Position numbers and translations under genes: made by a program | In this document: positions 11,852 to 25,507 of the stretch, piece by piece | Layout of the letters: every line of letters begins with the position of its first letter | How positions within the stretch are numbered: position 1 is the first letter of the stretch | The notes under the pieces: generated by a model | Told to the model about the DNA's origin: nothing | Seen by the model: only the letters and a program-made list of their open reading frames with translations | Databases searched by the model: none | Origin: Psilocybe cubensis | Lineage: Eukaryota | Length of the DNA: 64,000 nucleotides | NCBI GenBank assembly: GCA_017499595.2 | Contig: CM039009.1 | Coordinates: 1,550,001 to 1,614,000 of the forward strand | Reading direction: 5' to 3'

Positions 11852-14545
11852 ATGTCCGAAGCAAAGCGCGACGTACACAACCCCCTGCTCTTCGAGTGTG
11901 CATGGGAGGTTGCAAACAAGGTCGGCGGCATCTACACTGTTATCAAGACGAAGGTCCCCGTCACCGTCTCAGAGTATGGCGACAGATACTGCCTCATCGG
12001 CCCTCTTTCGTACAAAACTGCCCCAATGGAGGTCGAGGCAGAGGAACCCACCGACGAGCACCTCGCAGCTACCCTCGAGTCGATGCGTGCGCAGGGCATC
12101 AAGGCCCTGTATGGCCGCTGGCTGATCGAGGGCAACCCCCATGTGCTCCTGTTCGACACCGGCAGCGCCTACTCCCGCCTCGACGAGTGGAAGGGCGACC
12201 TTTGGAACCTAGCGGGGATCCCGAGTCCCCCCAACGACCACGAGACGAACGAGACGATTGTTTTTGGTTATCTGGTAGCTTGGTTCCTCGGTGATGTCAG
12301 TCTTCCCACCCTATTGGCTGGTTTCTTTGCCCACCCCCTCACTCACTCACGTCATTGATTGGCATTTTTTTTTTCAGTACGTTTCCCGTCAGTTAACTAC
12401 AGCTGTTATTGCCCACTTCCACGAGTGGCAGGCTGGCCTCGCTATTCCCCTCTGTCGCAAGCGACACATCGACGTCACGACTGTCTTCACTACACATGCT
12501 ACACTGCTCGGCCGCTATCTCTGCGCAGGCTCCGTCGACTTCTACAACAATCTGCAGTACTTCGACGTCGACCACGAGGCAGGGAAGCGCGGAATTTATC
12601 ACCGATATTGCATCGAACGCTCCGCGACCCATTGCGCCGATGTTTTCACGACTGTTTCTCATATCACCGCCTACGAAAGCGAACATCTACTAAAGAGGAA
12701 ACCCGACGGCGTCCTCCCCAATGGGCTCAACGTCGTCAAGTTCCAGGCAATCCACGAGTTCCAAAATTTGCATGCGACGAGCAAAGCCAAGATCAATGAA
12801 TTTATTAGGGGGCATTTCTATGGACATTACGATTTCAATCTCGACAATACGCTATATGTGAGTCCACCCCCCCGATTTGGCGAGTACGGTCTGAGTTCTG
12901 ATGTTTGAGACATTTGATGTGTAGATGTTTACCGCCGGAAGATACGAATACAGGAACAAAGGAGTGGATATGTTCATTGAGTCTCTTGCTCGTGCGTTTT
13001 CGAGATCCCCCCCTCCCCCTACTCTTTTGAACTGACGATGCGCAGGCTTGAATTTCCAGCTGCAAAAGGCAGGATCGGATGTCACTGTCGTTGCCTTCAT
13101 CATTATGCCCGCCGCTACCCACTCATATACCATCGAGGCGCTGAAAGGCCAGGCAGTGACGAAACAGCTCCGCGATACTGTCACTGAAATCCAAAATCGC
13201 ATCGGCGCTCGACTATTCGACCACGCCGCGCGTTTCCATGGGTAATCAAATTCACTTTTCCGAGGTGTTCCTACTCTAACGAAATCGAATGTTTTAGGGA
13301 GGAAAAGTTCATGCCTACGCCAGAAGAATTGCTTTCCGAAGAGGACCAGGTACTCCTAAAACGACGCATATTCGCGTTGAAGCGCAACTCACTGCCTCCG
13401 ATCGTTACTCACAACATGGCCGACGACGCCAACGACCCGATTCTCAACCAAATCCGCCGGGTCAAGCTATTCAACGACAGCCACGACCGCGTCAAAATCA
13501 TCTTCCACCCCGATTTCCTCAACAGCAACAACCCGATCCTTGGTCTCGATTACGAAGAGTTTGTGCGAGGGTGCCATTTGGGTGTGTTCCCGAGTTACTA
13601 CGAGCCATGGGGGTACACGCCCGCGGAGTGCACGGTGGTACGTTTTCTCTGATCTCGCATATCCGTTTCTCCGTCTGATTAGTTTGGTAGATGGGTATCC
13701 CGTCAATCACGACGAACCTGTCCGGCTTCGGGTGCTTCATGCAAGACCTGATCGAGCACCCCGAAGATGAAGGATGTTATATTATCGACCGGCGCATGCA
13801 ATCCGTCGAAGACTCGGTTAACCAGCTAACGGGCCACATGCTCGCTTTCGCGCAAAAGACGCGTCGCCAGCGGATTAACCAGCGTAACCGCGTGGAGCGC
13901 CTCAGCCCGTTGCTGGATTGGAAGAACCTCGGGATCGAGTATAGCAAGGCGCGGCAGCTGGCGCTGAGGAGAGCGTATCCGGACGCGTTTTACAGCTCGG
14001 AGGTGGATGGGGAGGGCGAGGAGGGATATGCGGATGGATTTGGCGAGGCGGATTACTTCGGGGGCGGGGTGGAGCGGATGAAGCCTGGGAGTATGCCGGC
14101 AAGTCCGCGGTTGAGAGGGATGGCGACGCCCGGGGATATGGGCACGTTGACTGAGGAGGTGAGTAGCGCTTTGCTTATTTTTTGTGTTTTTTTTGGGGAA
14201 GGTGATTGATATGTTGTGGAATGAATTAGATGCAAGGCTTGAATACGAGCGACTACCGCGGACATACCTGGCCGGGAACGCACGTTGACGAGGACGACTC
14301 GTATCCTTTGTACGTCCTCAACCTGTCATTGTCCTTCCATTTCATGAATTGCTGACTTCTTCTATGTTCGCTGCTCTTGTAACAGCCCGCTAGTCATGAA
14401 AGTCCGCTCGCGCTCCGGATCGGTGATGAGCGGTGCGAGCACACCCGGTGGTGGAGCTTTCCGTAGCCTCAGCGAGGGTGATCTGAAAAAGGCGGACGCG
14501 GCGCTCAGCCAGGTCAACGGGCACACGAACGGCCACGGCAAGTAA
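11852..14545 (+). CDS. GSY1: Glycogen synthase (GT3 family), 8 coding exons
   Basis: Exons 11852-12295, 12378-12857, 12925-12991, 13046-13241, 13298-13637, 13691-14158, 14230-14309 and 14386-14545 splice in frame. Motifs: [67 protein letters not shown]. Confidence 0.97.
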
Positions 14546-14961
14546 TCATCTATTAGAAAGGGGTCCGCAATCTGGGATGAGCGTGCGTCGTACGAGATTG
14601 ATTTTGACGGCTATATGGGGAGGATGGTGACAATTTTGTACATGCAGTAACTTTTAACGAGTTGGTGAACTAGTTATCGAGTGCGAGTTGCGATCACGAC
14701 TCGCCCCCTCCCGCGGGCTTTCTATTGGACTTGTTTGCTTCTTCTTTTACTTGTTTTTATTGTATATATCTTTTTTTTTACTGTTGTTTGTTCCATCCCG
14801 TTCTGTTGCTTCACAGGTTCTGAATGGCCGTTGGCAATCAATTCATGTTTGTTACTCTTTAGCATAGAGGTAATGAGGTTCATCAGGAAAAGAGGCGATG
14901 AGTAGAATACATATAATACTACACGGCGGGACCTAAGACTGTGTCAAATCGGAGTCAACCA

Positions 14962-15285
14962 TGTAGAAAATCAAGACCCTAGAGAGGGGAAATAAACTCA
15001 GTTCTATATGATAGAGACTCGATTACGTGACAATGTACCTAGAGAGGGGAAATAAACTGTACGGTACATTAGGTAGTGAATAAGATGTGAAAGTGAAGAC
15101 ATGCATACCTCAGTTCTATATGATAGAGACTGAGGTTCTGCATCGAAGTGGGTCGGTACTATATACCTCCCCATTGTACAAAGAGTTATTCTACGTAGAC
15201 GAGTATAAAGGTGGTTGTTTAGGAATGAGGGGAAAAATGATAAAGGTGGTGTGACGTCATCGGGGTAGATCGTTGGTTATCAACA
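14962..15285 (-). repeat. Copia-1 3' LTR
   Basis: Matches 20263-20586 with 3 transitions by eye. Internal direct repeats CCTAGAGAGGGGAAATAAACT x2 and CTCAGTTCTATATGATAGAGACT x2. Confidence 0.95.
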
Positions 15286-15365
15286 CTCCTCCTCAACGAG
15301 GTAGCGCGATGTTATGAAGGAAATAGATATAAGTGTATAATGGAGAAAATATAGGAGTGAAAAAT

Positions 15366-18300
15366 TTATACTACGCCTATGAGAGTTCTGAAACGGGTGA
15401 ATTTTGTCCTGTCGAAGCCTTTTGTGAATAAGTCGGCTATGTTGTTTGATGTGTGCACATAAGCCAGGGTGACTGCTTTTTCTTCGACCTTTTCGCGGAG
15501 ATAGTGGTAGTGTATGTCGATGTGTTTTGCCTTTGAATGATTTGAGGGGTCCTCGGATAGGCTGATGGCGCCGTTGTTGTCGCACATGATGGTAGTTTCG
15601 TCTTGTGGTGATAATGAAATTTCTGTGAGTAGTGTTTGAAGCCAGACTGCTTCCTTTGAAGCCTCAAACGCTGCTGTATATTCGGCCTCTGTGGATGACG
15701 TAGCCAATGTCTTCTGTTTCTTTGAACTCCACGAAATGAGACCTGATCCGAGTGAAAACGCGTAGCCGCCAACACTCCTCCTCGTGTCCAAGCAGTTAGC
15801 CCAGTCAGAGTCAGTAAAACCCATTAGTTTGATATCGTATTTGCCACCCAGTGTGAGTTTGAGGTCTCTGGTGCCTTTGAGGTAGCATACAACTCGAATA
15901 GCGGCGTTCCAGTGGGCATAAGAGTACAAGTCTAGGTATTGGGATAGCTATTGGACCGCATATGAAATGTCGGGGCGCATTCCTACTGCAAGGTAGAGTA
16001 GGCAGCCGACTAGTGAACGATAAGGCAGTTTTGAAATCTGTGTCTTCTCCTCTGCATTAATGTCTTTGGGGTCAGGACGTCTAAGTTTCAGACCGGGATC
16101 AAATGGTATGCTGAGGGGATATGAATCACTTTGTCCGAATTGCTGGATGATACGGTCGATGAGGGCGGTTTGAGAGAGAGAAATGGTATGTTCGGTATGA
16201 TTTCGAGATACTGCAATTCCAATGCAGTGTTTTGGTTCGCCCAAATCTGAGATAGTCCATTTCGTCCTCATTTGTGCTTTGAAGTGATCATTGGCACTGG
16301 GAGGATCCGCAATCGAGAAGAAGTCGTTGACATGTACACCGGTGATGACAGTACCGTGTTGATCGTGTCGAAAATATATACACGACTCACTTTTTAGTTG
16401 TACAAATCCCCAAGATTTCATCGCCTCGTTTAGCGTCTTGTTCCATATCCGCCCTGCCTGCTTCATACCATACAGCCCTCGCTCAATTACCCACACATAA
16501 TCCTCTTTTCCCTCTTCCACACATCCCTCCGGTTGCTCCATGTATTGCACCTCGTCTTCAGGCAGTATTCCGTGAAGAAAAGCGGTTTTTATGTCAATTT
16601 GTTGTGCATCCCATCCCTTGACAGCGGCGATATGGAAAAGGAGTCGCCAGGTAGAGGTTCTAGCAGTTGGTGACGTTGTTTTAGTGTAGTCTTGTCCGTA
16701 AATTTATTTATAGCCCTTGAAGACAATGCGCACTTTGAAGTGGACTGTAACTCCATGTTCGTTTTGCTTTCGAGTGAATATTGGACGTCCCTTTTGGATT
16801 CTGGATCCTATCGGGACTTGAGAGCGTGGAATCAGGCGGAAAACTTTCATGTCCTTCAGCGATCTGACTTCATCGCGAAAAGCGGCTTCCCATTTGTCGG
16901 CGTCTGGTGACTGTTTTGCCTTGGCATAGTTCTTGGGCTCGTCTTCATCACCAAGAGTTCGCGGGTCAATGCTGCTTGTTTCCGCAATTGCGGATAGAAC
17001 CCGTTCGACAAGATGGTCTGTAATACCGACCGCGGCAATATTGTTTGACGCCTGGGCCAACGTTTCCTTAATCTCCGCCACCGCCTCTTTCTCAACCACC
17101 TGGGGATCATTTCGCTTCTCCTCCTCAACAACATCCACCAGCGTCCTCTTCTTCTCCTCTCTCCTCCTCTTCAACTCATCCAGGTATTCCCTCCGCCTTT
17201 CCGCAGACTCTCGAACCTCTTCTAATGCTCTTTCCAATCTTGATCGTTTCTCGGCGTCATCGCCATTTGCATGAGCGATCCGGGATGATGTACGCCTCTG
17301 ATCCGCTGGTTTGATGTCAGGGTTGCGATAGATAGGCGCTGGTGCGTCAGGGACAGGTTGAATGTTGTGTTGTTGTTTTGGCGGAGTCAGCACATCTTCC
17401 TCTGGTGGAGCGCCTGTTAGAAATTTCTCTATGTCTTCGTTGAGGTTATTGGATTCCAGTGTCGACGAAGCAAGGATTTCAGGAAGGGTTGTGGGTAAGG
17501 TTGGAGATGGGTTATCAGTGATGGATCGCGAGTGGCCCTCGTGACTTTCGAGGAAGCGAACGTGGTAAGAGGAAATAACTCTTTTAGTTGTAGAATGATA
17601 GCACCGATATGCTTTAGCGTTAGGCTCGTATCCAATCAGTACACATTCGATTGAGCAAGCATAAATTTTTGGATTGGACTTTACTGGTTGGATAAGGACA
17701 AAGGCCCAACATCCAATTTCCCGCATGTAAGAGTAGTCTGGCGCCCGTTTGTATAATATTTGGTATGGCGTAACAGAATCAATAGATCGGGTGATTGTCC
17801 TATTTTGTAGGTGGATCCCTGTGAGATAGAATTTGTCCCAGAGTGACGGTGGACAGCCCGTGTAGATGCGCATTGTGCGGGCTTTGTTCATGATTGTACA
17901 ATGGAGCCGTTCCACACGTCCGTTGTGGGCAGAAGTATATGGGGCAGTGAATACAACTCGAGTTCCACGCGATCGTATCCACACTAAGAACTTCTTAGTT
18001 TTCAGCTCGCCATTGTCGATATAGTAGGTCCCAACGTGTTTCCCAAATTCACATTCTTGGGCAATCTCCCATGCAATTAGGTTATTGTCTGCAGCCCCCT
18101 TATCGGGTAGAGGGATACCCCATGTAAAACTCACAGTCATCCATAATGTCCATTACATATTCATTGCCGCTCTTAGATTTTACATCGTGTTTACCACTTA
18201 AGTCTGCCAGAACTTTATCCAATATTTCCGTAGCTCTATGTCCTTCCCCTTCCTCACGCTTCTTTGGAACAGGTATTTTTGTCTGTTTGCCAAGTATGCA

Positions 18301-20070
18301 TGAGTCGCATTTCTTAGGAAGTGCATCGGGTAGGGACATACCTTCTACCAGACCCTTTCGTGCCATGTCAACGAGAGTTTGGTAATTGGGATGGCCGAGA
18401 CGGCGATGCCATGTTTCCAAATCTGGTTCATGCGATGCAACAAATATATGGTCGGCTTCGGGTTTGTAGAGATTGAGGGAATATAAATTGGAGTTAAGAA
18501 GTGTTCCGGTAGCAATGGTGGCGCCTGTTAACTTTGATTGGATTATACATCCTTCATCGTCAAAGGCAGAGCGGGTTTTAGAATGGCGGGCCAGCTTGCT
18601 CACGGATATGAGACAAGCGGCTGACTGCGGAATGTAAAGTACATCCTTCAGCTGAATGGATATGTCATTTGGGAGCCGTAACGAGATATTGCCTACACCG
18701 TGGGCATTGATGGATGAGCCGCCAACACCTTTGACGGATCTCAAAGAAATGGGACGTAGAGTTTTGAAGTCAGTGACTTCTGGGGATATGTGGGTACTGG
18801 CACCCGAATCGAGGTAAAAGGGGAGTTCCTCTATGTTCTTTATTGGAGTAGAATCTGGTGTATTAAGTGGGGAAGTGGTGATTTTTGCCGTATTGAAGAC
18901 GCGTGAGTGAGCATTCCAGTCGAGGCTTGTCGTTGGTGTGTCTATTTCGGTAAGCTCCTCGACCTTTGCCATCCACCCTTCATACTCAATAGACTCCTCC
19001 TCAGCCAGGTGATCCGTCGCACGTTGCTCGAGTTGGACAAATTGTTCAGGAGTGATGGATGCGAGCCCTGCAAATTCAGTTGTATTGGGTGTTGCATTGG
19101 GTGGAGAGGGATCGACCTGGATGGTAAAGAGAGCCTTGCCAGATGCATCCTTAAACGAATATGTAGGCGGTTTTGAAGAAGCGTTCGTACGAGACGAGGT
19201 CTGACCATTTTTCTCGGCACGCGCAGCGCGAACCTCAGCTATGGTCTTTCCTTTCATCCTGCCATTCGGTCCCTTGATACACCATTTGATTGTATGCCCC
19301 GAACGCGCACAGTTCGAGCAAGTAATGGCGGATTTCCCTTTTCCCTTTGTCTGGGCAGCAAGTGCGAGGGGGCTATCTGCTAAGGTGTTGCGCTGTTCTG
19401 CGCCGAGTATCAATTGGACCTCGCGTTCAAGAACTAGGACAATATCCTCGTATTGGTAAGGATGTTTCTTTGTGGCGGACTGCATCTGAGTTTGTATAAG
19501 GAGACGCGTGTGGTCATGGCCGTCGTCGAGAGCGTGGAGAATCGCAATGACGGTGAGTACATCTTCGGTAACACCCCCAGGAATCTGGAACGCGCGTTTG
19601 ATCTGCTCGCGGATTTCGCGCGCCTTCTCCACCATCGTGCTATCTCGTGGAATCCGAGAGGTGAGCACCTTCTGAATCAAAGACACTTGTTTGATGGGGC
19701 CCTCGTCTAGATGGTACTTCTCCAGGGTCTCCCAGCACTCGAGTGCGGTCTCCAAGTGATCGATTTTCTTGCGTTCGAAGTCGACGCAGTAGCGGCAAAT
19801 ATAACTCTTGGCAACTTGGTCATTGTATACCCAGTTACGATGGGCGATGGGGTACACAGAGGGATCGGGGGACTTGCAAAGCTTGCGATTGATATGGACA
19901 CCAAAGCCGTGGATGGTTAAGTCGTCCTTTATGGTGCGACTCCACGTTTTCCAGTTCCCAACGTTCTTGTCAAGTGGGTCACCTTTGTATGTGGCCGTGA
20001 TGTGTTTTTCAGACACAAAAGGCCTGGTAGCATCGTTGGGGTCAATAGTGGGAGTTGTGCCATCACCCAT
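15366..20070 (-). pseudogene. Copia-1 gag-pol polyprotein (disrupted)
   Basis: Zn knuckle CSNCARSGHTIKWC, protease LDSGAST, WHRRLGH, integrase PYTSAHNGRVERL, RT LYGMKQAG and GVHVND, RNase H FTDSDWA...ADLFTK. Frameshift at ~18130 and stops at 16704 and 15948. Confidence 0.93.
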
Positions 20071-20262
20071 GGTAGTAGGAAGTGTATAGGATAGTTAGAG
20101 TAGCCTTATGAAGAGGAATGGGAGTCCGCAGCCAGTAATATGCGGGGAGTATTCCAATGAAAGGGATCAAAAGGCGCGCTGATAAGGGCGCGCTGATAAG
20201 ATTAGATCGTAATAGGGTCAAGATTCGTGCCACTTTAGTTGTGACAAGAAAGGCCTATAACC

Positions 20263-20586
20263 TGTAGAAAATCAAGACCCTAGAGAGGGGAAATAAACTC
20301 AGTTCTATATGACAGAGACTCAATTACGTGACAATGTACCTAGAGAGGGGAAATAAACTGTACGGTACATTAGGTAGTGAATAAGATGTGAAAGTGAAAA
20401 CATGCATACCTCAGTTCTATATGATAGAGACTGAGGTTCTGCATCGAAGTGGGTCGGTACTATATACCTCCCCATTGTACAAAGAGTTATTCTACGTAGA
20501 CGAGTATAAAGGTGGTTGTTTAGGAATGAGGGGAAAAATGATAAAGGTGGTGTGACGTCATCGGGGTAGATCGTTGGTTATCAACA
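20263..20586 (-). repeat. Copia-1 5' LTR
   Basis: Near-identical to 14962-15285 and adjacent to the PBS. Confidence 0.95.
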
Positions 20587-21031
20587 AACCAGACTGCTGC
20601 CAGTCGAAGTCTACGTTATGCGGTTGACCGGAGTTTGTCACCGATTATTCTATATTTCTAAACTTGGGTATTACAAAAAATAACATATGAAATTTCTGAA
20701 GTCTGATTGAAACTGTGTTATAGCTATTTTCATATCGATAGACCTATTCCCTAAATTTAGACATATACGGACAACGAATTTTATTAAGCGGAACATAAAA
20801 TTTGAAGATGGCAAAATCACGGAAACTTGCAAAATCGTCAAAGAGTATTCACAAAAAGTTGAGCTATGAGAACTAACATCAATACCACCACATTAGCAGC
20901 ACCCCTAAAGCCATTCCCTTCTCAAACTGAAAGGTATGTCAACACTTTGCTGCCAGATTGTACCATAGTTTGACATAAACTCAACATTGGAGCATTCCTT
21001 ATGTAACTTGGTTATGCAAAAATTCAAGGCC

Positions 21032-21330
21032 TGTTCTAGTCTATATAAGAGATATCTCAGTGTTCAGATGGTAGAACGACTAATATTGAGAGTAATACCT
21101 ATATGAGAAATATCTACAGTAATGCAAGAAGAATGATGAGTGTGGTAATACATGAATACAAGCCAATAAAACATACCTCAGTGTTCAGATGGTAGAATAA
21201 CTGAGGGATGTAAAAAAGGATGAATGAGTAATCTAGGTGGGCAAGGAAATATATAGAGGCAAACAGGAACAGGGATTGACACATAGTTAGAAAGATACAT
21301 GTGACACTATGAGCACAAGGAATTCCAACA
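21032..21330 (-). repeat. Copia-2 3' LTR
   Basis: TGTT...AACA. About 32 mismatches to 50364-50662 by eye, nearly all transitions. Confidence 0.93.
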
Positions 21331-22058
21331 GCCCCCCTTAGCAAGCAGCAAGCCCAAGTCGCTCTACGTGACCTTGAAAGACAATTTGGGCAAGAAGCTT
21401 GGTGAAAATGTTGGCAGTATTTAGAACACTGGGTGTGTGCAGAATGGAAAAAGAGTTGGATTCTATGTGAGAGCAAATGAAGTGATACTAAATATCAATA
21501 TGTTTGGCCTTGCCATGATTTGAATTGTTTTCTGAAAGGGACTTAGCTCTGTTGTTGTCTGTCAACAGAACAAGAGGTGAGGGACAAGGAATAATAAGTT
21601 GTTTGAAAGCTTGATTTAGCCAGATGCCTTCTTGAACAGACCAAGTGAGTACCAAAGCAATACAAGTTTGTTTCTTCAACGACCAGGAGATGGGTCCGCC
21701 AGCCATTGACCATACAAACCCTGAAATGGATGCTTGGTCTTGTTTGTCGCCACCACAGTCTGTGTCAGACAATCCCATGAGGGGGGGAGTTTTAATCTTT
21801 ACTGCCGTAATGCAGTTGCAGATTCTTTGTGCCTTTGAGGTATTGCAGAACTCGTTTAGCAGCAGCAAGATGATTTGGTGCAGAGTTTGAACAATGCTGG
21901 GATAGTAATTGAATAGTGTATGCAATGCCTGGGCATGTGTTCATTTGAAGAAACAGCAAGAACCCAATAAGATGCTGGAAAGTTCTTTTTAAGTCTGGGA
22001 TGTCTTTGTTGGGGTAAGAGTTAGTCTTGGAACCAAGTGGACTGTCTCAATCTAACAT

Positions 22059-23376
22059 CAGCAAAAGTGACCAAGTCCCCAAATGCCTTGTCAAGGCATT
22101 TGGAGGTGACCAAATGCCCCAAGGCCCAAATGGCCTTTTAGATTGACTAATTAGAGACTTGGAATTTTGAAATGCTTTAAATCATTCAATAAACCCAATG
22201 TTTTAGCTAGATCTAAATTTGATTAAATCATTTGGGTAAAATTTGGGAGACCCAAAAACATTTGGATAACATTTAAATTGCATTTGAGAGCCCTGAGAAC
22301 ATTTAGGGTTCACCCAATGTTGACACAATGATATATTTTGCATATTTCTACTCCTGGTAGCCACTTCAGGTGTTCACACAATAGGATGTAGTAATTCAAT
22401 GAAAATATTATTGAAAGATATTCAAAACAAAAGAGGGTACATAGAAATGACTGAAAGAAAGCGGATTCAAGTTCATTAGATTTCGTGGTACAATCTGGGC
22501 GCTGGAAAAACGTGACGGAGTCACGTGATTAAATTGATGCGCGACAAGATCTACACTGGTTGATGAGTCACGGTCAAGTAAATGTAAATATATGCGCATA
22601 TACGTACTAATAAGTTGACCAGAATGGGTGTCTGGTTATTAGATACACTCTAGAGAAAGAAGTAATCAAGGCAGATGAAGAAAAAGCCATGAAAAGGTAT
22701 AAAATAGTCAGTCAGGATTGTATGATGAAAAAGAGAGCATGTCTCTCACCTTTTCAGCTCTATACCAGTCTTGAAGGGCCAAAAAAGAGGCATGGAAGTG
22801 TTAAATGAAACTAGAGAGCACCATCGTCAGAGTGGTGGAAATGAAAGGGTAGAAAGAAAGCGACTTGGGTGTGTCTCAGATTATTATGCTCAAAACGGAT
22901 ATTCAGTCTCCGATTTAATTTGTCAATTTGTATTTCTTGAAGTCAAATTTCTCACGTACATGTAATTCTTATGACAATAGTGTCGTATTGGAAACAACCT
23001 GCCCACGTCATAGGTATTACGTATGGTCAGTAAAATTTCTTGTACCTAAATCATTTTGAACATATTTAAAGCCCTTTAATCATCTGTGTCAACAAAAAGT
23101 TAAACTCAATGTTTTATTCTTTGTTTTTATTTTTAATCAATTGTTCCCTGCAAGTTTTATGGCAAACAAATTATTAAGAAATAAATGTAAGTACATGGAA
23201 TATTTTGTACTGAACTTTGAGGTGTATAAATGTTTGTGGAGCATTCAAATGCTCTCCAAATGTTGTGCACCTCCAAATTTTAGTGAAATGTTTTTGTGTG
23301 ACTTAACATGTCACACAAAACATTGACCTGCTTAAAAAGGCACAAAAGGCATTTGGATATCTGGTCACTTTTGCCG
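22059..23376. mobile_element. Non-autonomous TIR DNA element (1318 bp) with a 2-bp AT target duplication
   Basis: Imperfect ~31-bp TIRs: CAGCAAAAGTGACCAAGTCCCCAAATGCCTT at the left end; reverse complement of the right end is CGGCAAAAGTGACCAGATATCCAAATGCCTT. AT flanks both ends. Removing the element plus one AT restores the Copia RT frame (KTPF-M-LD). CAAATG motifs are repeated subterminally. Confidence 0.8.
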
Positions 23377-25507
23377 ATGAAGGGTGTTTTGACTGGGTTA
23401 CAGTGTGTGAGATTGAATTTGGCAAGAAGAAAATCAATGAATGATTCTTGATGAAGCCATAGTTTGCTTGTCGCGCAGTCTTGCTCGCTTAAAATAGACA
23501 CCCAGAAAGCACTTGATAGGACCAAGGTCTTTGAGGCCAAAGGCCTTTCCGACTTTGGTTTTGAGGTGGCTCAGAAAGTCCCATGAATTAGATGCACCAA
23601 GGCCGTTGTCAACGTGCATGACTAGAAGACAGTGAACACAATGGCCGTTCCAGACTTGACTGAAGATAAAGATGGCATGGTCTTGTTCAGATCAAATGAA
23701 ACCTAATGCTTCTAGAGTGTGGCACAGTAGTTGGTACCAAATGAGACTCGCTTGCTTTAATCCGTAGAGGGATTTCAAGAGTTTTTAGCAGTTTCCCAGC
23801 TCTGAAGTATAACCTTTAGGGAAGTGCATATAAATGACTTGAGCAAGATCACCCCAGAAAAAAGCATGAGTAGCATCAAAGCACTCAAGTTCCCAGTTGT
23901 TGATAGCAGCAAAAACGGCAATCATACGCACCAAGGGTGACTTCATGATAGGCACAAAGACAGCATTATAGTCTACCATATACACTTGAGAAAACCCCTG
24001 AGCAACCAATCGAGCACTATAGACCAAAAGACCACCATTGGGAGGTGATTTGAATTCAAGAACCCAATGATTCCCAATGCAGTGAAATCCTTCAGGTAAA
24101 AATACAATTTTGTACACCCCTATGCATTTGGGGTCTTCTAGCTCTTTCAATATCACCTTCTGCCATTCTTCAGCATCCAGCCGCTTCATGGCTTTATAAA
24201 AGTTTACCAGTGGGATTGACATGTTGTAGCCAGGCAATTTTGGATTGCACATAGAATCACTTCAAATGGATAGAAAAGCCGTTTCAAAAGAGCTATTGAT
24301 GTCTCTTTGCAGATAGTTGGCTATATTAAGTGAGGCCACCATTGCTGCTAATGCATCTGTATTGACAGCTAGATTTCCAGCATCAAGGTTTGGAAATTCA
24401 ACAGAGACTTCTGCACCCACACCTTTATGACAAAAACACACAAAGTCTTCCCCATCCGCACTAACCTCCTCCACCCTTACCACTTCTACATTAGCCAATG
24501 CATTGGCACACTCTCTAGCTGCCCTCCTTAGTTCTCTGTTCAATTAATACTTTTCCAAATGTGCCTTAGCCGCCTCCACTATTTCCTTCCAGCGTACACC
24601 ACTGGTGGTGAGTTTCCAAGTTTCTTAAAGATTTGCAGCTAGAGGAGGAGCATTAACGGCCTCTTTAGCAGGAACATGGTGGGTTCAGAGGTTGAAGGTA
24701 GTGTTTGAGTTGATTGTGGAAAAGCTTGCATGTGCAAAGGATCTGGAAAAATTGTGGATTCCTCTTGTGATGGCTCAGAGTTTGAGTGGACTTCTGATGC
24801 GCTTTGCTGAGATGTTACGGAGTTGTAAACATCCTGAGGAAAAGGAAAGGACAAGTAGTCCATTTTTTGTCCGAAAACTATAGTGAGGACTTGTATGGAA
24901 TGTTTTTATCAAATTAGACAGAGCCAGAATTGAAGAAATGGTTGGTGAAAAGGCACCGCACTCTATATCCCCTGCCAGATGGTGAATAGCCCATGAAAAG
25001 ACACTCAACTGACTTTGCACCAAGTTTGGATTGTAACTCAAGCAGTATGTGCGCAAAATACCTGCACCCCCACACACAAAGGTATGTGATGTTTGGTTTA
25101 TGCTCTTGAAATTTTTCAAAAAGAGTGACATCTTTTGGTAAAAATGAGGTAACAGTGAGATTCCACAGATAAGCGGCACATAGGGCAGCTTTTCCCCAAT
25201 ACTAGAGAGGTAGTTGAGCGGCAGTGATTATTGCAAGCATACATCCTTGCAAAGTATGCAGGTAATGTTCTATTTTACCATTCTTCCAGTATTCCGCACG
25301 AGGTATACCGTCAGCAATAACACCATTAGATTCCAGTTGACCCAGAAATGCCTTTGAAGTGAATTCACTGACAGAATCAAACCAAAGCAGCTTCAAAGAT
25401 TTGCCTGTCTTCCTTTCCCAAGCACGTTTTGTGATGAGGTATACATTGAGTGATTGTGATTTGTTGGTGAGGAGATGGCATTTAATAGCATTTAAGCAAT
25501 GATGAGC

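Larger units (their letters stand above)
14962..20586 (-). mobile_element. Copia-1: full-length Ty1/Copia LTR retrotransposon
   Basis: 324-bp TG..CA LTRs. 5-bp TSD AACCA (14957-14961, 20587-20591). PBS GGTTATAGGCCT and PPT GTTGAGGAGGAG on the minus strand. Domain order gag-PR-IN-RT-RH. Confidence 0.97.

Noticed and set aside
18100-18140. Overlap of two Copia-1 ORFs as a programmed ribosomal frameshift
   Set aside because: It falls inside the integrase core (DDC|SFTW), not at a gag/pol border. A small deletion explains it better.
20171-20200. GGCGCGCTGATAAG tandem pair in the Copia-1 leader
   Set aside because: A small tandem duplication, common in retroelement leaders, with no evidence of a separate function.
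25476-25495. GCATTTAA-TA-GCATTTAA as an excision footprint of an 8-bp-TSD element
   Set aside because: It is equally a simple 10-bp tandem duplication with one transition (TGGCATTTAA/TAGCATTTAA). There is no independent evidence of excision.
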